A model generated the notes under the pieces. The model was given only the letters and a program-made list of their open reading frames with translations, did not search any database and was not told the DNA's origin. This document shows, piece by piece, positions 48,408 to 57,732 of a stretch of 64,000 nucleotides of DNA; the first letter of the stretch is position 1, and each line of letters starts with the position of its first letter. The DNA is from Candidatus Omnitrophota bacterium (lineage in GTDB: Bacteria; Omnitrophota; Gorgyraeia; Zapsychrales; Zapsychraceae): the NCBI GenBank assembly GCA_015233115.1, contig JADFYJ010000001.1, positions 67,084-131,083 of the forward strand. Reading direction: 5' to 3'. The translations under genes and the position numbers were made by a program.

Positions 48408-49154
48408 ATGCTTTCTTCCAAACAACATCGTTTTGGCTGGGTTCCGGATATTCCAGATTCACGGGACTTGTTGTATGCGGCGGTCAGCCCCGCGATTAAA
48501 TTACCTGCCGTTGTTGATTTGCGGGAAAATTGTTCTATCGTCGAAGATCAGGGACGTTTAGGCAGTTGTACGGCGAACGCGCTGGCTGGCAATATTGAGT
48601 TTCTGGATAAGGATGCAGATCAAAAATATACGGATGTAAGCCGGTTATTCATTTATTACAACGAACGCGTGATCCGCGGTATGACGGCAACTGATTCCGG
48701 GGCCATGCTGCGGGATGGGATAAAAACTTTAGTTAAAAACGGGGTTTGTTCTGAAAAAATATGGCCATATGTGATTGAGCGTTTTACGGATAAACCAACC
48801 CAGAAATGTTATAATGAAGGGCTTAAACACCGGATTCTTTCCTATCATCGTATTCAGACTCTTAATGAAAAATTGATTTGTCTGGCTGATGGTTTTCCGT
48901 TTGTTCTTGGATTTACGGTTTATGAGAGTTTTCAATCTTTAGAGGTGGCTAAGACCGGGATTATGAATTTGCCTAAGAAAACCGAACGCGTTTTGGGTGG
49001 CCACGCGGTATTGGCTGTAGGTTATAACCTGAAAGATAAACGTTTCATCGTACGGAATTCCTGGGGAGACCAGTGGGGCCAGAAAGGATATTTCACCATG
49101 CCTTTCGATTACATGGAAACATTAGCACGGGATTTTTGGACGATACGTAAATAA
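48408..49154 (+). CDS. Papain-like (C1 family) cysteine peptidase with no obvious signal peptide
   Basis: QGRLGSCTANAL (catalytic Cys context), GGHAVLAVGY (catalytic His) and NSWGDQWG (Asn/Trp loop). Confidence 0.65.
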   Translation: MLSSKQHRFGWVPDIPDSRDLLYAAVSPAIKLPAVVDLRENCSIVEDQGRLGSCTANALAGNIEFLDKDADQKYTDVSRLFIYYNERVIRGMTATDSGAMLRDGIKTLVKNGVCSEKIWPYVIERFTDKPTQKCYNEGLKHRILSYHRIQTLNEKLICLADGFPFVLGFTVYESFQSLEVAKTGIMNLPKKTERVLGGHAVLAVGYNLKDKRFIVRNSWGDQWGQKGYFTMPFDYMETLARDFWTIRK

Positions 49155-49162
49155 TAAAAATA

Positions 49163-49336
49163 GTATGTGGTATGTAGTATGTAGTGAAAAATACGTATAA
49201 AATAGCAAGGCATAACTAATTATTGAAATAAAAAACAGATTTGTTTTTTGCGCTTTTCCAGTAAAGAATTTTAACGATATATTATTTTTTCAAAAACAAT
49301 TATATCTTTACTACATACGACATACTACATACGCAT
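49163..49336. repeat. Composite element made of a TATGTRG heptamer array, an AT-rich spacer with a GGAAAAGCGC-like core and an inverted heptamer array
   Basis: gtatgtggtatgtagtatgtagtg at 49163-49185 and its inverted counterpart ttactacatacgacatactacatacgcat at 49308-49336. Same heptamer family as 3387-3520. Confidence 0.85.
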
Positions 49337-49350
49337 AATTGGATAAAAAT

Positions 49351-49905
49351 ATGGATTTAGAGAAACTTTGGGAAAAAGCGCTTAAGAATACGGAGATTAT
49401 CCGCTCACGGATCCAGGGCATGTCAGCTTTGGCAGATACGCGGGTTCCTTATATTTTGCTTTCTGAATCGGAAGTCGATCAACACGATACAGTCATCCGT
49501 AAAGGGGAATTAATCGTACAGAAACCATCATTGGTTATTCCGCCGTTTAATCCGCAATTTAATGGTTTTGAATTTGAAAAGGATTTATCGGTCAATCAAA
49601 ATTCTTTCGTTAATTTTTTGATTGTGCGGGGAATCAGCATGCCGTCTTTTCTTTACGACAATCAGGCTGGTTCACTGGATATTTGTGAAATCAGTTTGAG
49701 CAAAGCGATTAAGGATCAATTGACTGCATTACAGCAGAAAGAGGATGTGATGACCGGACTTATTGCTGGCCCGTCAGATTGTTGGCAAATGTCTTTAATT
49801 ATTTTTATTTGCACACAAATTTTACGCAATACAGAAACAGATTTTCGGCATTTATTAGAGCAATATAGAAAAAGTGATAGAGGTGATAAAGGAAAAATCG
49901 ATTGA
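49351..49905 (+). CDS. Hypothetical protein
   Basis: ORF opens with TTG at 49339. First ATG at 49351. No motif. Confidence 0.4.
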   Translation: MDLEKLWEKALKNTEIIRSRIQGMSALADTRVPYILLSESEVDQHDTVIRKGELIVQKPSLVIPPFNPQFNGFEFEKDLSVNQNSFVNFLIVRGISMPSFLYDNQAGSLDICEISLSKAIKDQLTALQQKEDVMTGLIAGPSDCWQMSLIIFICTQILRNTETDFRHLLEQYRKSDRGDKGKID

Positions 49906-49959
49906 ATGGAAAAATAATTTAATAATTATTGAATACTTGATAATAAGGTAAGGATTTTT

Positions 49960-52557
49960 ATGAAAATGATGCGCATTTTAAGTGTTATGTTATTTTTGAT
50001 ATTATTGTCAGGCGGATCCCAGGCGGCAGAATTAACAGCGACGAAATATACTTTGGATAATGGTTTAACAGTTTTAATTACTGAAGTTCCGACTAGCCCG
50101 GTTATTGCGGTTTATGGTTTAATTAAAACAGGATCTGCCCGGGAAGGGAAATTTCTTGGATGCGGTGTTTCGCACTTTGTGGAACATATGCTTTTTAAAG
50201 GGACAGATAAGCGCGGAGTAGGCGAAATTCCGGCCCAGGTTCAGGCCGCAGGCGGATCAATTAATGCGTCGACCGGTACTGATTACACGATGTTTACGAT
50301 TAATGTTCCCAAAGATCAATTTGATTTGGGTTTGGATATTTTGTCCGATATGCTGATGCATCCTAAATTTGATCCAGTGGAATTGGAAAAAGAGCGGCTG
50401 GTTATTTTAAAAGAAATGGAATTATATGAAGATGAGCCTGACCATAGGCTCAACAAGCTTGTGTCTCAAAATGTGTATCTGAAGCATCCTTACCGTCATC
50501 CCATTATTGGTTATCCGGATTTATTCCGCAATGTTTCGCGTGACGATTTGGTTGAATATTTTAAATCCCGTTACTCGCCGAACAATACTATAATTTCCAT
50601 TGCCGGGAATGTAAAAAAAGATGAAATTTTTCCGAAGATAAAAAAAATATTTGAAAGTTTTTCTCGCAAACCGGACTTAAGCATGGCCGTGCCGCAAGAA
50701 CCGACACAAATCAGTAAACGTTTTTATGAAGAGGCATATCCGACGGACGTTACGCGCGTGTCTATGAGTTTTAGCGGGACCAGCATGAATGATGATGATA
50801 TGGTGCCGCTGGATGTTTTAGCAAAAATACTGGGGCAAGGTGCCAGTTCGCGGTTGTATTTGGATGTTTATAAAAAACGTCAACTGGTTTATTCAATCGG
50901 AGCAAATGATTCTACGCCGGTTGACCGCGGCTCATTCGAGATTGAAGCTTCGCTCGATTATAAAAATATCCCGGCCTTGGCAGATGCGGTTTGGCAAAAT
51001 ATTCGTCAAATCCAATTACAAGGGGTAACAGCTAAAGAATTAGAAAAAGTTAAAAATAGCGTATTAAGTGAATACGTGTTTGATCATCAAACCGCCAGTT
51101 CTTTGGCTTATAGTCAAGCTATCGGGGAGGCTTTTTTAGCAGATCCTAATTATGACGCGTATTATATCCAATCCATTAAGCGTGTTACATTGGATGACAT
51201 AAAGCGTGTGGCGCGAAAATATTTACAAGAAGATAAACTGACCGTTGTTATTTTAAAACCGCAAGAAATTCAAGCTGAGTCGAAAAAAGAAAAAAGTATG
51301 GTTAATGCGAAAAATGGCGAAATCGTAAAATTTGAACTTAAAAATGGAGTCAGGGTATTACTGCGGCAAGATAATGCGTTTCCTGTTGTATCGGTTCGCT
51401 TAGTTCTTAATGGAGGTTTGCGCCAAGAGACTGCTGATAATAACGGTATATTTTCACTATTAGCGTCAACATGGACGCGCGGCACCAAGAAAATGAAGCC
51501 TGATCAAATGGCTGAATTGCTTGAGTCCTCAGGAATTGGTTTAGGCGGCTTTTCAGGAAACAACAGTTTTGGGTTAAGCATGAGTTGTTTAAAAGAAAAT
51601 TTTGATCAAGGTATGATTCTTTTCATGGATGCGCTCAGAAATCCACTTTTTTCTGATGAGGAAATTTCTAACACTAAAAAGAATATGCTGGAGGGTATTA
51701 GACGGCGCAAAGACGATATCATGACTGAGTCAGGTTTTACCCTGAAACAAAAACTATACGGATCACATCCGTACGGCATGGATCAATCAGGGACGGAGAC
51801 GAGTATCCCGCGTTTAGACCGTAAAGCTTTACTGGCGCTTTATAAACAGTATGTTTATCCGTCCAATATGGTATTTTCCGTTTTCGGCGATATTGACGTT
51901 GATACAGTTAGAAAGAAAATTGAAACATTGTTTAGCGCGATTCCTGACCGGCCTGGGACAATTTGGCCTTCAGTCCCGGTAAAGGAAATAGCTGCACCGG
52001 TAGATTTTGTTTTAAATATGGATAAAAAACAAGCCTTGGTGTCGTTTGGTTTTATCGGTGTTGATTTCAAAAATAATGACCAATATAGTTTAAAAGTTTT
52101 AATGACGATATTGGGCTCATCCTTTGAAGGCCGCTTGTTTCAAAAAGTCCGGGAAAAACTCGGGCAGGCGTATCATGTCGGAGGATATTCCAGCCCAGGA
52201 GTAGACCGGGGACAATTGGTTATTTATTCTTTAACTTCGCCGGAAAAAGCGGCAGGCGTTAATAAGATCATGACCGATGAAATACTGGATATTCAAAAGG
52301 GAAACATCAGCGATAAAGAAATAAATGATGCTAAAGCGTATTTGAAAGGCACTTTCCAGGCAGGATTGGAGACGAATGACGCGTTAAATTTTATTGCTAC
52401 TTTAGATGAACTTTACGGTTTAGGGTATGACAATTATACCAAATTCAGCGCTGAAATCGACGCCGTGACCAAAGATAAAGTCAAGGAAGCAGCCAACAAA
52501 TATCTAGATCTTAATAAAAGAGTGATAATTACAACAATTCCCGTTGCGCAACGGTAA
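49960..52557 (+). CDS. Two-domain M16-family zinc peptidase (pitrilysin-like) with a signal peptide
   Basis: Inverted zinc motif HFVEHMLFKGT and the downstream E of the HxxEH...E triad. Duplicated M16 halves. Signal peptide ILSVMLFLILLSGGSQA. Confidence 0.85.
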   Translation: MKMMRILSVMLFLILLSGGSQAAELTATKYTLDNGLTVLITEVPTSPVIAVYGLIKTGSAREGKFLGCGVSHFVEHMLFKGTDKRGVGEIPAQVQAAGGSINASTGTDYTMFTINVPKDQFDLGLDILSDMLMHPKFDPVELEKERLVILKEMELYEDEPDHRLNKLVSQNVYLKHPYRHPIIGYPDLFRNVSRDDLVEYFKSRYSPNNTIISIAGNVKKDEIFPKIKKIFESFSRKPDLSMAVPQEPTQISKRFYEEAYPTDVTRVSMSFSGTSMNDDDMVPLDVLAKILGQGASSRLYLDVYKKRQLVYSIGANDSTPVDRGSFEIEASLDYKNIPALADAVWQNIRQIQLQGVTAKELEKVKNSVLSEYVFDHQTASSLAYSQAIGEAFLADPNYDAYYIQSIKRVTLDDIKRVARKYLQEDKLTVVILKPQEIQAESKKEKSMVNAKNGEIVKFELKNGVRVLLRQDNAFPVVSVRLVLNGGLRQETADNNGIFSLLASTWTRGTKKMKPDQMAELLESSGIGLGGFSGNNSFGLSMSCLKENFDQGMILFMDALRNPLFSDEEISNTKKNMLEGIRRRKDDIMTESGFTLKQKLYGSHPYGMDQSGTETSIPRLDRKALLALYKQYVYPSNMVFSVFGDIDVDTVRKKIETLFSAIPDRPGTIWPSVPVKEIAAPVDFVLNMDKKQALVSFGFIGVDFKNNDQYSLKVLMTILGSSFEGRLFQKVREKLGQAYHVGGYSSPGVDRGQLVIYSLTSPEKAAGVNKIMTDEILDIQKGNISDKEINDAKAYLKGTFQAGLETNDALNFIATLDELYGLGYDNYTKFSAEIDAVTKDKVKEAANKYLDLNKRVIITTIPVAQR

Positions 52558-52576
52558 GGGATGTGTAAAATATTAA

Positions 52577-52848
52577 GTAACCGAGTAACCGAGTAACCGA
52601 GTAACCGAGTAACCGAGTAACAAAGTAACAGAGAAAAAGCGATTGGTGGAAAAGTGCAAGAGCAGTAAATAAGAAAAAATTAATTAATAAAATTAAGTAA
52701 ATTTCATGTCGTAAATTAGGATTTTAAGCGAAATTATATTTTTAAATTTTTTATTATTAATGTTTTTAATTGTTTTTTGTTAGATTTATTTTTTCATTTT
52801 TTTTTGTGTTTTTACTCTGTCACTCGGTTACTAGGTTACTTTGTTACT
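52577..52848. repeat. Inverted pair of NGGTTACT octamer arrays (7 inverted copies and 4 direct copies) flanking a 185-bp AT-rich spacer with a GAAAAAGCGATTGGTGGAAAAG core
   Basis: (agtaaccg)x5, agtaacaa and agtaacag at 52577-52632. ctgtcact, cggttact, aggttact and ttgttact at 52817-52848. Same octamer family as 94-125. Confidence 0.9.
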
Positions 52849-52867
52849 ATTTAAAAGGAGTCCCAGC

Positions 52868-54226
52868 TTGTACGAATTTGAATTGCGCCTTATTGAAGTT
52901 TTGGAAGGCAAATTAAATTTGATTCAAAAACAAAATGAACGTGAAGAAGTCGTTAGCGACGGTTTATTGCATCTTCTCAAGACAAATGAATTTCCGCAAA
53001 ATAAAGCTTTAATCGAAAATAAAGATCAGCGTTTTAAATTTATTAAAGATTTTTTGAGCTACGGTGTAATCACGGAATTGATCTGCAATTATGATGTTGA
53101 AGACATCATTATTAATAATTTAAATCCCATCTATGTCCATCATAGTAAACGCGGATTTGTCGTCACGGATAAGCGTTTTAAGAACCGTCACGAATTAGAT
53201 CTTTTCTTAAAAAAACTGCTTTTATTCGCCGGCGGGAAAAAAATGCGCCGCATTCTGGATATTGAACTGCCGAATTTGGAAGGTCGCGTCAACATTGCCA
53301 TATCCGCTTTTGGCCCGCAAATTACTATTGCCCGTGCTAAAACCACTCCGCTGAGTATTATTGAACTGATTCGGGCCGGCACCTTAACGCATGAAGTGGC
53401 AGGTCAATTATGGTTTTATATTGAAGGTCTCAATATCCGTCCGGCAAATATTATTATTGCCGGAGGCCCGGGCGTGGGAAAAACTACTTTATTAAATTCT
53501 TTGTTATGTTTTATCCCGGATACTCACCGTACTGTCGTTATCGAAGATACTTTAGAATTAAATACTTTTATGGATGAAAGTTGTTCGCGTCTGGAAAGCG
53601 ATGAAGGCGTGTCTTTGGCTGATTTGGTCAAAAATAGTTTGCGCATGCGCCCCGAACGCATTATTGTCGGTGAGGTGCGCGGGGAAGAGGCCAAAGATAT
53701 GGTGACGGCGTGTAATATCGGAAAATATTGCATGGGAACGATCCACGCGTTAACCGCGCGGGAAGCTATTATCCGTTTGCAAAATGAACCCATGAATATT
53801 CCAGAAATGCTGGTCAATTTGATAGATGTTTTTGTGATTATGAAACGATATCACGTAAAAGAAAAATTGTTTCGTGTGATCGATGAAGTCAGCGAGACCA
53901 GCGGCATGGAACAAGTTAAAATACTTTTATCACAGGTGTTTAAATACGATTATGATCAGAAAACCGTAGTGTCCCGCAACCCGAGCACTGTATACCGGGA
54001 TAAATTGGCGGAACAATCCGGCTTAACTCCTAAAGACATTATGCTGGAGATTAAATTGCGAAAATTTCTTATGGAAGAAATGGATCGTCGTGATATGTCT
54101 ACCCTAAAAGAAATCACTACGTTTTGCCGTTTATACAGCCGCGACCCTCACCGCGCCATTGACTCGTTAAAGATTGACATGGAAAAAACCAAATATTTCC
54201 ATGAGATCATTTCAAAACGGTGTTAA
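52868..54226 (+). CDS. Type II/IV secretion-system family ATPase (CpaF/TadA/VirB11-like)
   Basis: Walker A GGPGVGKTT. Asp box, Walker B and His box pattern (ERIIVGEVRGEEA). TTG start at 52868 preceded by an AAAAGGAG SD (the ORF opens at 52841). Confidence 0.75.
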   Translation: MYEFELRLIEVLEGKLNLIQKQNEREEVVSDGLLHLLKTNEFPQNKALIENKDQRFKFIKDFLSYGVITELICNYDVEDIIINNLNPIYVHHSKRGFVVTDKRFKNRHELDLFLKKLLLFAGGKKMRRILDIELPNLEGRVNIAISAFGPQITIARAKTTPLSIIELIRAGTLTHEVAGQLWFYIEGLNIRPANIIIAGGPGVGKTTLLNSLLCFIPDTHRTVVIEDTLELNTFMDESCSRLESDEGVSLADLVKNSLRMRPERIIVGEVRGEEAKDMVTACNIGKYCMGTIHALTAREAIIRLQNEPMNIPEMLVNLIDVFVIMKRYHVKEKLFRVIDEVSETSGMEQVKILLSQVFKYDYDQKTVVSRNPSTVYRDKLAEQSGLTPKDIMLEIKLRKFLMEEMDRRDMSTLKEITTFCRLYSRDPHRAIDSLKIDMEKTKYFHEIISKRC

Positions 54227-54277
54227 GGCCCAAAATAACTTATAAAAAATTTCCCTAGAAATACCGGAAAGATTCTT

Positions 54278-56119
54278 ATGAAAGAACTTCTTAAAACTTA
54301 TTTTGGTTATGATCAATTCCGCCCGCTCCAGGAAGACATTATTAACGATGTTCTGTCAGGTAAAGATGTTTTTGTTTTAATGCCGACCGGAGGAGGGAAA
54401 TCACTGTGCTATCAATTGCCTGCCATAAAATTAGACGGAGTGACACTGGTTATCTCCCCTTTAATTTCATTGATGAAAGATCAGGTGGATGGATTGAATG
54501 CGAACGGAATTTCCGCTGCTTATATTAATTCTTCTTTATCATATCCGGAAATCAAAGCCATTGAGCAGGACATTTTAGAGCACAAAATTAAATTAATTTA
54601 TGTCGCGCCGGAACGCTTATTCCTGGATTCTTTCCAGCGCATTTTATCGCAGATCAAAATCAGTTTAATCGCGGTGGATGAGGCGCATTGTATTTCCGAG
54701 TGGGGCCATGATTTTAGAAAAGAATACCGGAATCTTCAATGCCTGAAAGAAAAATATCCTGCTATTCCCATTATCGCATTGACGGCAACTGCTACTTTAC
54801 GCGTGAGGGAAGATATTCTCAACCAGTTATCGTTAGATAAACCACAAAAATATGTTTCCAGTTTTGACCGGAAAAATTTGGAACTGATCGTTGAGAGAAA
54901 ACAGGCTACATTTGAGAAATTGGTCACGCTTTTAAAAGCGCATAAAAATGGTTCTGCCATAGTTTATTGTTTTTCCCAAAAAGAAACGGAAACGATCGCA
55001 GCCAATTTAAAAGAACGGGGATTTAAAGCTCTGCCCTATCATGCGGGCATGAAACCGGAAAACCGCAAAAAGAATCAGGATAAATTTATTAAAGATGAAG
55101 TCGATATCATCGTCGCGACTATTGCCTTTGGTATGGGAATTGACAAGCCGGATGTCCGGTTAGTGGTGCATTATACTTTTCCTAAATCATTAGAAGGATA
55201 TTATCAGGAAATCGGCCGCGCCGGCCGTGATGGTTTAAAAAGTCAATGCGTTTTATTTTATTCCGGCGGCGACGCGATTAAACATCGGTATTTTATTGAT
55301 ATGATGGACGATGAAGCCCAAAAGAAGGGTGCAGCTGATAAACTGCGCAAAATCGCGGATTATTGTGAAGGCACAATTTGCCGCCGCAAATACGTTTTGG
55401 AATATTTCGGTGAAAAATATCCGCAGGATAATTGTGGAAATTGCGATGTGTGTTTGGCGGATAAAGAAACATATGACGCGTCTGAATCAGTTCTGCAGAT
55501 ATTGACCTGCGTGAAATCAACCGGCAGTCGTTTTGGGAGCACATATATCGCTGACATGTTGCGCGGCTCTAAACAAAAGAAAATTTTAGATAATTTTCAT
55601 CATGAATCCGAAGTGTTTGGCTCATTAAAGGGACATTCATTCGAGGATATTAAAGGCTTAATTCGCGAACTTATTAGTATGCAGTTTTTGAGGGTGGCAG
55701 ATGGGGATTATCCGACATTGTCGGTAACTCCCCAGGCGGCAGAATGGTTTAACCGGAGAAGCCCGATTGAATTGAGCCGCAGGAAGAAAATTGAGATTGC
55801 TGAAGATAAGCCGGGCAAAGCAACAAAACGAAGATTTGTCGATAATGATTATGATTACGACGCAGATTTATTCGAGAAATTGCGTGAGTTACGCAGAACC
55901 TTAGCGGAAAGAAAGAGAGTGCCGGCGTATGTCATTTTTGGTGATGTGTCGTTAAGGGAAATGGCGCAAAAATGTCCATTGGACAAAGAAAGTTTTCTTG
56001 GTATAAAAGGTGTAGGTCAAAAAAAATTAGAGGATTATGGGGAAATCTTTTTACAGGTAATTGGCGGCCATGTTAAAAACGAAAACCCTCTGTCAGTTTC
56101 CCAGAGGGCTCAACGTTGA
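54278..56119 (+). CDS. recQ: ATP-dependent DNA helicase RecQ
   Basis: Q-motif region (FGYDQFRPLQ), motif I (PTGGGKSLCYQLP), DEAH (VDEAHCISEWGHDFR), RecQ C-terminal zinc-binding cysteines (CRRKYVLEYFGE...CGNCDVC) and an HRDC-like C-terminus. Confidence 0.9.
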   Translation: MKELLKTYFGYDQFRPLQEDIINDVLSGKDVFVLMPTGGGKSLCYQLPAIKLDGVTLVISPLISLMKDQVDGLNANGISAAYINSSLSYPEIKAIEQDILEHKIKLIYVAPERLFLDSFQRILSQIKISLIAVDEAHCISEWGHDFRKEYRNLQCLKEKYPAIPIIALTATATLRVREDILNQLSLDKPQKYVSSFDRKNLELIVERKQATFEKLVTLLKAHKNGSAIVYCFSQKETETIAANLKERGFKALPYHAGMKPENRKKNQDKFIKDEVDIIVATIAFGMGIDKPDVRLVVHYTFPKSLEGYYQEIGRAGRDGLKSQCVLFYSGGDAIKHRYFIDMMDDEAQKKGAADKLRKIADYCEGTICRRKYVLEYFGEKYPQDNCGNCDVCLADKETYDASESVLQILTCVKSTGSRFGSTYIADMLRGSKQKKILDNFHHESEVFGSLKGHSFEDIKGLIRELISMQFLRVADGDYPTLSVTPQAAEWFNRRSPIELSRRKKIEIAEDKPGKATKRRFVDNDYDYDADLFEKLRELRRTLAERKRVPAYVIFGDVSLREMAQKCPLDKESFLGIKGVGQKKLEDYGEIFLQVIGGHVKNENPLSVSQRAQR

Positions 56120-56349
56120 AATAATTTAAAATAATTACTTCTTTTTTGGAGTTTTTCTAGAAGTTTTCTTTTTATTAGTAACGACCATGATGTTCCTCTC
56201 GTTAGTGTTGTTGAAGAATTACATTCTTATAATAACACAGGATTAAACAGGGGCAATTGATTTTGTTTATTTTATACGAGTATATTTGACAAAATGCAGT
56301 ATAATTATTGAGATTTTTAAATTAATTAACCAAAGTTTAGGAGAATTTC

Positions 56350-56745
56350 ATGGAAGACAAAAACATAACTCAATATCCGGAGCCGGACCGATCGAATATA
56401 ATCCGTAATTTTACGGTGACAGAAGATAATGAAGAGATTGATACGGGCTGGGTAAAAGGATCTTTATCAGACGGCAGGCCATATTTGGCAGAAGCTTGGC
56501 AGAGAGAAGATGTCTCTATGCTGACTTTTTATTTTTCAATTAAAAATATTGAGGAAGCTACGCAGGAAGAGCTTATCACTTTACTCCTTAATAGCGGGGT
56601 ATTGGAGTTTATTGGCGAACAAAAACCAATAGGGATTGGGCAATTTACTGATATTCACAATAATGAGTTGTGGACAGTAAATGTCACTGTCAGCGAAGAT
56701 CAGGAAAAGTTCATTCATGATAAATTAAGTTTATTAAAATATTAA
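56350..56745 (+). CDS. Hypothetical protein (131 aa)
   Basis: Clean ORF with an AGGAGA SD. No motif. Confidence 0.4.
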   Translation: MEDKNITQYPEPDRSNIIRNFTVTEDNEEIDTGWVKGSLSDGRPYLAEAWQREDVSMLTFYFSIKNIEEATQEELITLLLNSGVLEFIGEQKPIGIGQFTDIHNNELWTVNVTVSEDQEKFIHDKLSLLKY

Positions 56746-56768
56746 ATTAAGTTTTTTATGATCATTAG

Positions 56769-56946
56769 AAACCCCGTTTAACCCGCATTTTGCAATACAA
56801 GTGGAAATGCGGCTTGAACCCCAGTCTTTTCTCGAATATACATTTTTGAAGACTGCCTTGTTTGCAATGCACTTTTTTATGTGAACATATTTGTCTAGAT
56901 GCTAAGTTTATTGCAAAGTCAGGGTTTAAACGACGGGGTTTTTTAT
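56769..56946 (+). ncRNA. Candidate structured RNA (~175 nt) closed by a long-range helix and ending in a U-tract
   Basis: 5' AACCCCGTTTAACCC (56770-56785) pairs with 3' GGGTTTAAACGACGGGGTT (56922-56940), followed by TTTTTT. Internal hairpins are CCGCATTT..AAATGCGG and CAGTCTT..AAGACTG. TTTGCAATA pairs with TATTGCAAA. Confidence 0.4.
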
Positions 56947-56967
56947 AAAAATATATATTTTTAACTT

Positions 56968-56992
56968 GGCACCTTGACAGGTGCTTTTTTTA
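56968..56992 (+). terminator. Intrinsic terminator
   Basis: GGCACC-ttgacag-GTGC hairpin followed by TTTTTTT. Confidence 0.5.
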
Positions 56993-57070
56993 TGATATAT
57001 TTAGAGAAATATTTATCGATAAAAAATTATCGATATATTCCAAGCCTAACATTTGCCGGAGAATTTAAAT

Positions 57071-57727
57071 ATGACGTCGCAGATACCTACCGTTGTATCC
57101 CGCTCCACGCTTAAACGTCTTCCTTTGTATTTACACGTGTTGGAAGATTTACAACGGCAGGGGCAGGAATACGCTTCGTGCACGATGATTGCGGGTAAAT
57201 TTGATTTTGGGCCCACTCAGGTTCGGAAAGATTTAGAAGTTACCGGAGCTGAAGGGACGGCCAAAATAGGGTTTAAAGTGTCAGCGTTGGTAAAAGATAT
57301 CAAAGAGTTTTTAGGCTGGCACAATGCGCATGACGCATTTTTAGTCGGAGCCGGCAATATGGGGAAAGCCCTGCTGGGTTATAAAGATTTTGATAAATAT
57401 GGTTTAAATATTGTCGCTGCGTTTGATCAGGATCCCAAAAAAGTCGGAACTAAAATTTTTAATAAAGAAATTTTACCAATGGAAAAAATGGCCAATTTAG
57501 TTAAACGGATGCATATCAATATCGGGATTGTTACGGTTCCCGCGGAATTTGCGCAAGGTGTTGTCGATATCATGGTAAGCGTAGGAATAAAAGCTATTTG
57601 GAATTTTGCGCCAGCGCCACTGCAGATTCCGGAAGGAATTATTTTAGAAAACGCTCGTTTGACTCAAAGTTTGGCCGTCTTGACTAATAAACTGACAATG
57701 AATTTTGACAAAGAGATGAAAGGATAA
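57071..57727 (+). CDS. rex: Redox-sensing transcriptional repressor Rex
   Basis: N-terminal winged helix with RLPLYLHVL. Rossmann NAD(H)-binding motif VGAGNMGKAL. Confidence 0.85.
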   Translation: MTSQIPTVVSRSTLKRLPLYLHVLEDLQRQGQEYASCTMIAGKFDFGPTQVRKDLEVTGAEGTAKIGFKVSALVKDIKEFLGWHNAHDAFLVGAGNMGKALLGYKDFDKYGLNIVAAFDQDPKKVGTKIFNKEILPMEKMANLVKRMHINIGIVTVPAEFAQGVVDIMVSVGIKAIWNFAPAPLQIPEGIILENARLTQSLAVLTNKLTMNFDKEMKG

Positions 57728-57732
57728 TTTTT

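Noticed and set aside
56270-56300. Sigma70 promoter TTGACA ... TATAAT upstream of the 56350 gene
   Set aside because: The two hexamers are only 8 nt apart (ttgacaAAATGCAGtataat). This is incompatible with the 16-18 nt spacing, so it is not called.
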